Shown: one piece after another, positions 35,605 to 43,817 of the stretch | Layout: every line of letters starts with the position of its first letter | Numbering within the stretch: position 1 is the stretch's first letter | DNA from: Alphaproteobacteria bacterium | GTDB lineage: Bacteria > Pseudomonadota > Alphaproteobacteria > SMXP01 | Direction: 5' to 3' | Assembly: GCA_021774995.1 (NCBI GenBank) | Contig: JAJFIM010000172.1 | Location: 1 to 50,006 of the forward strand | Length of the DNA stretch: 50,006 nucleotides | Notes under the pieces: generated by a model | The model's input: only the letters and a program-made list of their open reading frames with translations | The model's database searches: none | What the model was told of the DNA's origin: nothing | Made by a program: the position numbers and the translations under genes

Positions 35605-35736
35605 ATTGTAGAATAAATAAAATGTTTTTAATTAACATAATGGTGTAGCACCAAAGCCTGGTAACCCATTATAAAGCGACCGGAGCATCATAAGATATGA
35701 AGCTAAGAATTTTTGTTAAAAAAGAGAGAATAAGAC

Positions 35737-37146
35737 ATGCACGAAATCATCTGCCCGCACTGCGATAAGGCATTCAAAATCGACGAAGCCGGATATGCCG
35801 ACATTCTAAAGCAGGTTCACGATAGTGAGTTTGAGCAACAGTTGCATGATAGGCTTGAACTGGCCGAAAAGGACAAACTAAAGGAAGTGGAGCTCGCCAA
35901 GAGTAATATCAAAAACGAAATGCAGGAAGTTGCGGCAGCTAAGGATACTGAGATTAATGAATTGAAAGCAAAATTAGATGCTGGTGAGGTGGCACGGAAA
36001 TTAGCAGTGGCAGAAGCTCTAAGTGCTGTAGAGAAAGAACGCGACGTGCTTGCCAACGAACTAAAGCAGGTGAAGCAAGATAGTCTTGCTGCTTCAAAGT
36101 TAGCTGAGGCAAACCTTTCTAAGGAGCTGCAGGGGGTTTCTACATCAAAGGATGCAGAGATTCAGGGGTTAAATGCAAAACTAAATTCCAACGAAATTGC
36201 ACAGAAACTAGCTATCACCGAAGCACTTGGAGCGGTTGAGAAGGAGCGTGACGAACTGAAAAATGGTCTTATACAATCAAAGCTTGAGAAGGAAATTTCT
36301 GAGAAAGCGCTCAAAGACAAGTATAAGACCCAGATAAGAGATCGTGATGATGCTATTGAACGTCTCAAGGATATGAAGGCTCGCCTGTCGACCAAAATGG
36401 TTGGAGAAACCCTTGAGCAGCACTGTGAAACAGAGTTTAATCGTATTCGAGCGACAGCGTTTCCAAGAGCTTATTTCGAGAAGGATAACGACGCAAGTGC
36501 CGGCAGCAAAGGCGACTATATTTTTCGTGACTCAAATGAGTCCGGTACTGAAATCGTCTCAGTTATGTTTGAGATGAAGAATGAGAATGATGAAACAGCG
36601 ACAAAAAAGAAGAACGAAGATTTTCTTAAAGAACTCGATAAGGATCGTAATGAAAAGAACTGTGAATATGCGATCTTAGTATCTCTTCTTGAGCCTGAGA
36701 GCGAGCTTTACAATTCAGGTATTGTCGACGTGTCCCACCGTTATCAGAAAATGTATGTCGTTCGACCTCAATTTTTTATCCCAATCATTACGTTGTTGCG
36801 AAATGCCGCTCAAAATTCACTGCAATACAAAACAGAACTTGCTATGGTAAAGTCACAAAGCATTGATATTACTAACTTCGAGGACGATCTAGATGAGTTT
36901 AAAACAGGTTTTGCACGGAACTACGAACTAGCATCCAAGAAATTTAAAACGGCTATTTCTGAGATCGATAAAACTATCGACCATCTTCAAAAAACCAAGG
37001 ATGCACTACTCGGATCAGAGAACAACCTCCGCCTTGCAAATAACAAAGCTGACGACTTGTCCGTCAAAAAACTAACCAAGAATAATCCAACGATGGCCAA
37101 GAAGTTTGCCGATCGTAAGGATAATGATACAATTGATTCTGATTAA
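35737..37146 (+). CDS. DUF2130-family protein (N-terminal zinc ribbon, coiled coil, C-terminal PD-(D/E)xK-like domain)
   Basis: 469 aa. [17 protein letters not shown] start, a tandemly duplicated coiled-coil segment, and a C-terminal GDYIFRD...FEMKNE block. Confidence 0.75.
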   Translation: MHEIICPHCDKAFKIDEAGYADILKQVHDSEFEQQLHDRLELAEKDKLKEVELAKSNIKNEMQEVAAAKDTEINELKAKLDAGEVARKLAVAEALSAVEKERDVLANELKQVKQDSLAASKLAEANLSKELQGVSTSKDAEIQGLNAKLNSNEIAQKLAITEALGAVEKERDELKNGLIQSKLEKEISEKALKDKYKTQIRDRDDAIERLKDMKARLSTKMVGETLEQHCETEFNRIRATAFPRAYFEKDNDASAGSKGDYIFRDSNESGTEIVSVMFEMKNENDETATKKKNEDFLKELDKDRNEKNCEYAILVSLLEPESELYNSGIVDVSHRYQKMYVVRPQFFIPIITLLRNAAQNSLQYKTELAMVKSQSIDITNFEDDLDEFKTGFARNYELASKKFKTAISEIDKTIDHLQKTKDALLGSENNLRLANNKADDLSVKKLTKNNPTMAKKFADRKDNDTIDSD

Positions 37147-37467
37147 GACACCAATATCTGTATCAACGAAATATTCTCTATAATTTTTGATTAAACCATT
37201 GATAGGGAATATAAATTTACCCATAACTTTTAGAGTGATAATATAGATTACGGAAATTGATGTATTTTCTAAACAGATAATTTAGCGACTTTTTGCTCTT
37301 TTGCATCAAAATTATCAATATACTCCTCAATCTCACTAAAAAGAGGTGTCAGTCTATAGGGATGCATTTACATGGACAAAGGGAGTCTCAATCGTGCCAG
37401 AAACAACCAATTATCCATAAAAAAAGATATGATAACCTCTAGCATGAGAAGGATTGATAGGTAGTTA

Positions 37468-37848
37468 TCAACGCTTCAGTGCTAACAAACATAATGCGCC
37501 AACACTCAAAAAACAGGCCATGTTTAGGTCTGGACTATTTGGTTCATGTCCAGCCGCCCATGTAACAAAATGCTGGCAGTTAAATAATAAGAACCATTTT
37601 TGTCCCAAAGCACTTCGCGCGTTTCTCGCGACCTGTGATGATGGAAGAGTTGATGTATATTTCTTTGAAATTATAACATCGCAACCATTCGCATACTCTT
37701 CCACCAATGACATTACAACGCCACCAGAAAACGGCGTATTATGAATGACCATCAATTGATGTCCGTGCATTACCACAATGCCTGGGTGAGTTATCACTCC
37801 TGCTTTTTTTCTTTCTACGATTGCCCCCTCATAAAACCTTGACCACAT
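37468..37848 (-). CDS. LRAT/PLAAT-like (NlpC/P60 superfamily, 'NC domain') protein with C-terminal TM anchor
   Basis: 126 aa. H-box THPGIVVMHGHQLMVIHN, catalytic-Cys box GQKWFLLFNCQHFV (compare NCEHFV in PLAAT/HRASLS), C-terminal hydrophobic helix MACFLSVGALCLLAL. Confidence 0.7.
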   Translation of the reverse strand: MWSRFYEGAIVERKKAGVITHPGIVVMHGHQLMVIHNTPFSGGVVMSLVEEYANGCDVIISKKYTSTLPSSQVARNARSALGQKWFLLFNCQHFVTWAAGHEPNSPDLNMACFLSVGALCLLALKR

Positions 37849-37917
37849 AACATTTCCTTTTTATAATTTAAATTAACAAATAACCATTAACAAATACGAT
37901 AACGGATAATTGAAAAA

Positions 37918-38289
37918 ATGCAAGAACAATCTATTGCTACTAGTTATGCAGCCATATTGGGGCAAATGATCAAGCAGCTAAGAGAGGCAAAGAATGCGGA
38001 TCAGGCCAATCTAGCTAATCATTTAGGTGTTAGCGTCATGACCATTTCGAGAATTGAGAGTGGAGATACTGTTCTGGACGTGCCTCAAATGGAAAAAGTG
38101 GCTAGTTTTTTTAATATGGAAGCCACCGATTTTTTTGAGAACTCACTTAAAATAAAGAAGAAAGCAGAGAATCAAAATTATACGGTATTTCAAAATAAAA
38201 AAGAAATTAACAAACACTCTAATGTAGCCTTGTTAAGCGTTGCAGCCATTGTGGGCATTGTTGCTGGTATTATGCTGTCAAAGAAATAA
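37918..38289 (+). CDS. XRE-family HTH protein with C-terminal transmembrane anchor
   Basis: 123 aa. HTH QANLANHLGVSVMTISRIESG. C-terminal TM VALLSVAAIVGIVAGIML. Divergent from the LRAT-like gene across a 69-bp spacer. Confidence 0.7.
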   Translation: MQEQSIATSYAAILGQMIKQLREAKNADQANLANHLGVSVMTISRIESGDTVLDVPQMEKVASFFNMEATDFFENSLKIKKKAENQNYTVFQNKKEINKHSNVALLSVAAIVGIVAGIMLSKK

Positions 38290-38326
38290 GGTTTAGGAAA
38301 TTAAAAATTACGTAACTCTTGAAGAG

Positions 38327-41275
38327 ATGTGCATGGATCAAAAGACCTTCAAATCACTGCTAAAATACTATCTCTCCTGCATGGATGCGGAGGAAGCGAC
38401 TCATCTGCAGCTTAGGAAAAATCAAGAAAACAAAAGCTATATCTTCTTGAACAGTAATAAAGGTGAGAGCCTGTTTTCAGAAGATCTGCCTCAATTAGAA
38501 CTATCAGTCACGGACAGCAGACAAAAAAAGTTTATTGAGCGTAAAGCCCCCAATACAGAGACTCTCATTGACCTCCAATATGGTTTTCCTGTTTTTGTGG
38601 ATGAGAAGGACATGCTTTCTCCTTTGTTTTTTGTAGAAGTGGAAGCTGCATTTTCTGACCAAAATACACTGCGCATTCTTCCTCAAATTAAAAGCTTCTC
38701 AATAAATCGCGTGCATTTTGTCAAACAATATGGCGCAGAGGAAACGCAGCGTATTTGTGAAGAGCTTGAAGGTGAATTTGGTAGCTTCGAAGCCCGCATT
38801 AAGGCTGCACAACCCTATATCCCTTCTCTTGCAAAGAAATCAAAACATGAATGGATAGAGCGCCCTATTCTTTTTCGTACAAACTTTGGCGGGTCGCGAT
38901 CTGGGCAACGTTATGACCTGACCCATCTGCTCAAAGATAAGAATGCGTATAGCAAAGATACGGCCTTAAAATACTTTCTTCAGGCAAATGAAAACACCAC
39001 GCAGGAAAATAGTTACAATAATATTGATCCATCCATCTTGGAAATTGGTTCACTTAACGCTCAGCAAGAAGAAGCTGTAGCTAAAGGGTTAGTGGAACCG
39101 TTATCTGTTGTTACCGGTCCTCCAGGAACCGGGAAAACACAGGTGGTTACAGCTTTACTGGCGAGCGCGATTTATAACAATGAGACAGTTTTATTCTCCA
39201 GCAATAACAATATGCCCGTTGACGGTGTGTATGAGCGCTTAGGCCAAAACACCGGAGGCATAGGAAATTGGCTTATGCGTCTGGGCAATCAGAGCAAGAG
39301 GCAGTCTTGTTATAAAGTAATATCCTCTTTGTTAGAGCGCGCTGAAACGAGCGACTTCTCGGACCTTTCATCAAATGCTGAAAAAGAGGAGTTCGCTGAT
39401 TTAGAACGAGATATTATAAAAGCGCGCGCATCACTAAAAAAGGCGCAGACTTTACAAGAAGAGATATCCAAACTGCACAATAAAGAGAAAGTTATTGAGC
39501 AAAGGCTTCCGGAAAGCTGGGTTCAGCAATTTTCTGATATTGATCCAATTACTTTAGACCAAAGCCTCCTTAAAAAGTTAGGTAGGCACAGCTGTTCGGG
39601 GTTTTGGCTTTGGTTGCGTCATAAGCTGCTTGGCGTAGAGAGGTTTGTAAGCGCGCATAATGCACAGCTCACCAAGCTATGTGGTGATGATGACTGTTTA
39701 TCAGAATATGAAGGATGGCTTCTTTTAGATGAAAATTGGGATGAGTCGGTCAGCAAGGCCCAGCAGGTCGTTAAATATTTATCGCAACATCAAAGCTGGA
39801 GTTCATGCATCCAAAAACGCCGGCGCTTAGAGGATAAAATAGCTCAGCATTCTTCAATTACGGATGTGTTTGATTTGAAAATCAAAAAATCAAAGGCTTC
39901 TCAAGCATTATTTGAAAAATGGTGGCTTCATAATATCAAAAACCAAACTAAAGAGGCTGTAGAAGCCTTTAAAAACTATTTTAAAGATACTGATAACTAT
40001 GATGCCGGCAGACATAAGCGTCTTGCAAAATCCATAAACGCATTAAAGCGCTTTTTCCCGATTTGGATCACAACAAATCAATCCGCCAGTGCCATTATGC
40101 CTCCGCAGGCTGCATTGTTTGATTTGGTTGTCATTGATGAGGCTGGACAGTGCGATATCCCTTCTATTATCCCGCTTCTTTATCGGGCCAAACGCGTTGT
40201 TATTATTGGCGACCCTCATCAATTTAAGCACATCACATCATTAAAAGATGATATGGAGCACGCTATTGCCCAAGAAATAGGGATAGAAGAAATTGTAGAT
40301 GAATGGTCGTTTACGCGCAGGTCTGCCTTTGATCGCTCTTATGCCTCTGCAGAATCTACATCATTTTTAAAACAGCATTATCGTTGCCACCCTGACATTA
40401 TTGAGTTCTCAAATCTAAATTTCTACGATGGAAAACTGATTGAACAGATAGCACTATCGCAATTTCAAAATCGATTACCTATCGAAGAGCATGGCCTTAT
40501 ATGGCACAATACGAGGGGGGAGGCGCGCAAAGCGAAGAAAGGTGCATGGAACCCAGCAGAAATTGAGAAAACAGTACAAATATTTGAGCGTTGGGCAGAG
40601 CAAGGTTTGTTTGCTGATCCTACAATCACTTATGGCATTGTGACACCTTTCCGCAAGCAAGTTGAAGAAATGCGCAAAGCATTATCAAACCTCTCTTGGT
40701 TTCGATCCGTTGAGGATCGTTTTACAATCGGTACAGCGCATAGTTTTCAAGGGAGCGAATGTGACGTCTTGGTTTATTCTCCTGTTGTTGCGGAGGGTAT
40801 GGAGAATTACCTCATTAAATTTGCAGCAGCTCAAAAAGACTTGATTAACGTCACAGTCACCCGTGCAAAAAATTTACTTTATATCGTTGGTGATCTTCAT
40901 GCATGCCAAGCAGCCTCATCGGATACTCCATTACATCAACTTGCCACTTACGCTGAACGTATTCGAAAGCAACAACAGCACCCTATGAATGCCGCTGAAA
41001 AAGCGATGGCTGAAGTGCTGGAAGGTCTGAAATTGAGCTATGTACCTCAATATGAACTTGGGCAGTACCGTCTTGATTTTATGCTCAATTCCCCTTCAGG
41101 AGAACGTTACGATGTTGAGGTTGATGGCGATATTCACCTCACGGCAGATGCAATTAAGCATGATGAGAGGCGGGATGCTTATGTTGAGAGCAGAGGTTTA
41201 AAAATACTGCGATTTGCTGCGCGTGACGTCATTCACAAGCCTGAAGTAATCAAAGAGAGGCTTATGCGCATCTGA
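38327..41275 (+). CDS. SF1 (DNA2/Upf1-like, AAA_11/AAA_12) helicase fused to C-terminal DUF559/Vsr-like endonuclease; Hhe-like single-gene defence candidate
   Basis: 982 aa. Walker A GPPGTGKTQ, VVIDEAGQC, IGDPHQ, YRCHP, GTAHSFQGSECDVLV, VTVTRAK. The C-terminal YRLDF...DVEVDGDIH...D..R...L...G..ILRF is the DUF559 pattern. Confidence 0.8.
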   Translation: MCMDQKTFKSLLKYYLSCMDAEEATHLQLRKNQENKSYIFLNSNKGESLFSEDLPQLELSVTDSRQKKFIERKAPNTETLIDLQYGFPVFVDEKDMLSPLFFVEVEAAFSDQNTLRILPQIKSFSINRVHFVKQYGAEETQRICEELEGEFGSFEARIKAAQPYIPSLAKKSKHEWIERPILFRTNFGGSRSGQRYDLTHLLKDKNAYSKDTALKYFLQANENTTQENSYNNIDPSILEIGSLNAQQEEAVAKGLVEPLSVVTGPPGTGKTQVVTALLASAIYNNETVLFSSNNNMPVDGVYERLGQNTGGIGNWLMRLGNQSKRQSCYKVISSLLERAETSDFSDLSSNAEKEEFADLERDIIKARASLKKAQTLQEEISKLHNKEKVIEQRLPESWVQQFSDIDPITLDQSLLKKLGRHSCSGFWLWLRHKLLGVERFVSAHNAQLTKLCGDDDCLSEYEGWLLLDENWDESVSKAQQVVKYLSQHQSWSSCIQKRRRLEDKIAQHSSITDVFDLKIKKSKASQALFEKWWLHNIKNQTKEAVEAFKNYFKDTDNYDAGRHKRLAKSINALKRFFPIWITTNQSASAIMPPQAALFDLVVIDEAGQCDIPSIIPLLYRAKRVVIIGDPHQFKHITSLKDDMEHAIAQEIGIEEIVDEWSFTRRSAFDRSYASAESTSFLKQHYRCHPDIIEFSNLNFYDGKLIEQIALSQFQNRLPIEEHGLIWHNTRGEARKAKKGAWNPAEIEKTVQIFERWAEQGLFADPTITYGIVTPFRKQVEEMRKALSNLSWFRSVEDRFTIGTAHSFQGSECDVLVYSPVVAEGMENYLIKFAAAQKDLINVTVTRAKNLLYIVGDLHACQAASSDTPLHQLATYAERIRKQQQHPMNAAEKAMAEVLEGLKLSYVPQYELGQYRLDFMLNSPSGERYDVEVDGDIHLTADAIKHDERRDAYVESRGLKILRFAARDVIHKPEVIKERLMRI

Positions 41276-41312
41276 TTGCAGCATTTATACTAAGAAAAGA
41301 ATAAATAAACTT

Positions 41313-41510
41313 ATGAAGCAAAATAACAAAAAAATTAATGGTTATGTAGAAACGATCACCACGTCCTCAGCTAAATTTGGAGGGTTTGTTCATAGAATTC
41401 GTATCCGCAATAAAAACTACAGTCTGTTTAATGATTCCGACCTTTGTTTGGTAAAGCAAGGGGACCTGGTGGAGTTCACATTTTTCAATACAGGAAGGGG
41501 TAGAGCGTAG
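41313..41510 (+). CDS. hypothetical 65-aa protein
   Basis: ORF only. No recognisable motif. Confidence 0.3.
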   Translation: MKQNNKKINGYVETITTSSAKFGGFVHRIRIRNKNYSLFNDSDLCLVKQGDLVEFTFFNTGRGRA

Positions 41511-41638
41511 CTGTTATATAGGCTCATTTACTCTGAATATTGTTGTTTTTCAAAGTGTTACAGGATTCACTTTAAAGGTGGACTCGATAATGGGGGTTGA
41601 CCACTATTACAAGATATTTTTATCTGTTATATTTTCTT

Positions 41639-42034
41639 ATGAGCCTATTTGATAAAAAACATTGCGCAGAGTTTGCCAAAACATTAACGGCCATGTGTGT
41701 TCGTAATGCAGAAATAGAACATATTCATGCTGGAAAAGCCCCTATCACAAAAACTGGTGATTATTCTGATGTGAAAATAATTGATGCCGAGGGTAATGAA
41801 TTCTCTTGGCATGAAGCTTCTCATATTTCAGATAATGAGATGAAAATATTGATGAAGGGCATAGTAAATAGGCTTTACACGTTTTTCATGCAAGGCGATG
41901 ATCCTCGTTTTGATAAGAATATGGAGTACCAAAAGCGATTTACACACAAATGGGACGAGCCAGAGATAGATAAAAATCTTGACTGCACGAAAGAAAATCC
42001 ATTTTCAGAGATATGCTCTAATAACAGCAAATGA
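41639..42034 (+). CDS. hypothetical protein (131 aa from the ATG; the track ORF starts at a TTG at 41597)
   Basis: ORF with an ATG at 41639 (MSLFDKKH..). No recognisable motif. Confidence 0.4.
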   Translation: MSLFDKKHCAEFAKTLTAMCVRNAEIEHIHAGKAPITKTGDYSDVKIIDAEGNEFSWHEASHISDNEMKILMKGIVNRLYTFFMQGDDPRFDKNMEYQKRFTHKWDEPEIDKNLDCTKENPFSEICSNNSK

Positions 42035-42066
42035 CCCAAGCAGCATAAAACTCTGTTTCCTTGTAA

Positions 42067-42531
42067 TTATTGATAAAAATATTGCCCTAAATACTCTCCA
42101 TTAACCCACATTTTGACGTAATGGGGCTTTGGCCGGATCAAAGCTTGATAATTCTCGCACCTGTCATTCTCTTGATATTGCCCAGGAGCGCATTGTGTAC
42201 GGTAGCACAAACCTTGCGTAGCCCTATATCCTTGCTGTTTTTCTCTTAAAACATAACCCTCATCACACGGCTCAAAACGCTCGTAACCTAGTTGATAGTA
42301 CCCATCAACTTTTTCTCCATTTGGCCCTGTTGTGCATGACGATAATTTAGGAAGAGGATCTCGACCTTTCTTTATGCGCTTCTTAAATTCACTATAGGCT
42401 CCGCCACAACCTGACGGGAATCCACCCGGCAAACAAATCCAAATAGCGCAGGCGTCTTGACTAGAAGCCAGTGCCGTTTTGCCATTGAAAATAATCAACA
42501 CAGCCACCACGATCATCATAAAAAATTTCAT
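42067..42531 (-). CDS. secreted cysteine-rich protein, possibly TrbM-like conjugal transfer protein
   Basis: 154 aa with a signal peptide. The CAIWICLPGGFPSGC block resembles the C.A.LCL motif of TrbM (from memory). Operonic with the XRE regulator. Confidence 0.35.
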   Translation of the reverse strand: MKFFMMIVVAVLIIFNGKTALASSQDACAIWICLPGGFPSGCGGAYSEFKKRIKKGRDPLPKLSSCTTGPNGEKVDGYYQLGYERFEPCDEGYVLREKQQGYRATQGLCYRTQCAPGQYQENDRCENYQALIRPKPHYVKMWVNGEYLGQYFYQ

Positions 42532-42926
42532 TTACTTTTATCCTCCTGCTCTATGAAAGAAGTCTGATACTGCTGAGAAAATTGTCGCAATGTTCTAATA
42601 AGCGCTAAAAAATCAACCCTGATGTCGTTTGGCACACTATAGAATTCACTTACAAGTTGAAGAAGGTCATGATCTTCAATGTTAAACGGCGCGAGCTTCT
42701 CTATAAAAAAGTAATTGATGGAAACGCCAAGAATATCAGCACAATTCTTAAGTCTTTCTGCCGATAGCCTATTCTCACCTGTTTCATATTTGTGAATTTG
42801 CTGCGCTCTAACGCCTATAAGGTCACCTAATTCCCCCTGTGACAGCCTTCTGTTTTGGCGAAGAAAACTTAATTTTCTTCCTAAATTTGCGTTAAAGTCT
42901 ATGTTTTCTGATCTGGCTTGCTCCAT
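42528..42926 (-). CDS. XRE-family transcriptional regulator divergent from virB2
   Basis: 132 aa. HTH LSQGELGDLIGVRAQQIHKYETGENRLS. Confidence 0.8.
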   Translation of the reverse strand: MEQARSENIDFNANLGRKLSFLRQNRRLSQGELGDLIGVRAQQIHKYETGENRLSAERLKNCADILGVSINYFFIEKLAPFNIEDHDLLQLVSEFYSVPNDIRVDFLALIRTLRQFSQQYQTSFIEQEDKSK

Positions 42927-43191
42927 TTTTTTATCCGTTCATTTGGTTCACAAGCACAAGCCAAAGTTTCCAATCTCGTAACTTCATAGACACATATCCC
43001 TAAAATTAGGCCAACAAGGGCATGTGCGGGTTAATACTGAGATTATGATCGGGATTATCTGCTCACATAATAGGATTCAACCTATTGCGTATAAGTTTAG
43101 TCCATTTTTAAACCCTGACGTGAAAGCCCTTGTAATTACAGAGAGATAGCCTTCTATGGGAGAAAATAACGAATTCAAATGAGGGAGTACC

Positions 43192-43482
43192 ATGCGCAGC
43201 ACACATCTATTATTCTTAATGCTTTCACTGATACTTATTTCATTTCCTGAAACTGCATATGCACAAGCGTTATTTGATTCAGGCACTAATTTCCTTACTG
43301 CTCTGCAAAATCTTCTTACCAACACATGGGCGCGGATTATCGCCATCATTGCTGTTATTGGCCTTGGCATACTCTGGATGACAGGAAGATTGGCATGGGG
43401 TGTTGCCGCTTCAATTATTGGCGGAATTATACTTGTATTCGGCGCTCCTGCGATCGTGGACAGTATAGCTGGCTCGCTTTAG
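43192..43482 (+). CDS. virB2: VirB2/TrbC-type T4SS pilin
   Basis: 96 aa. Signal peptide ending AYAQ, two hydrophobic helices, position ahead of virB3/virB4. Confidence 0.85.
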   Translation: MRSTHLLFLMLSLILISFPETAYAQALFDSGTNFLTALQNLLTNTWARIIAIIAVIGLGILWMTGRLAWGVAASIIGGIILVFGAPAIVDSIAGSL

Positions 43483-43493
43483 AGAGCCGGCAA

Positions 43494-43802
43494 ATGAATT
43501 ATGAAGAAGATATAGATTTTGACCCATTATTTGTTGGTATGACCAGGCCCCCAATAGTCATGGGCGTTCCAATGGAATTTTTCGGTATCAACTTTATTTT
43601 ATTTGGAATAGGCATGATCGCTTTTTCTTCTTTAACAGCAAAAGCCCTTTTTGTTTTGCTGGCCTGTTTGCCTCTCCATGCTTTGGGGTACATCGCAACT
43701 GAGAAAGAGCCTCACTGGATGAGTATATATCTCACAAAAATTACCAAGTGTGGCCCTATCCAAAACAAGGGCTTTTGGAAAACCAATAGCTATAAACCAT
43801 GA
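43494..43802 (+). CDS. virB3: VirB3
   Basis: 102 aa from the ATG at 43494 (MNYEEDIDFDPLFVGMTRPPIVMGVP..). The 56 residues added in the track ORF (from 43326) overlap virB2 out of frame. Confidence 0.85.
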   Translation: MNYEEDIDFDPLFVGMTRPPIVMGVPMEFFGINFILFGIGMIAFSSLTAKALFVLLACLPLHALGYIATEKEPHWMSIYLTKITKCGPIQNKGFWKTNSYKP

Positions 43803-43817
43803 GGGTAAGAAATAATT

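Noticed and set aside
37270-37368. 32-aa minus-strand ORF (MHPYRLTPLFSEIEEYIDNFDAKEQKVAKLSV) in the gap after DUF2130
   Set aside because: It is too short, has no RBS and has no recognisable family. It may be a gene relic, but there is not enough support to call it.
37454-37744. 96-aa plus-strand ORF
   Set aside because: It is antisense to the LRAT/PLAAT-like gene, which has clear catalytic boxes. The plus-strand translation has no features.
43326-43802. 158-aa ORF as VirB3
   Set aside because: The first 56 codons overlap virB2 in another frame and are Cys/Trp/Arg-rich nonsense. The ATG at 43494 gives a typical ~100-aa VirB3.
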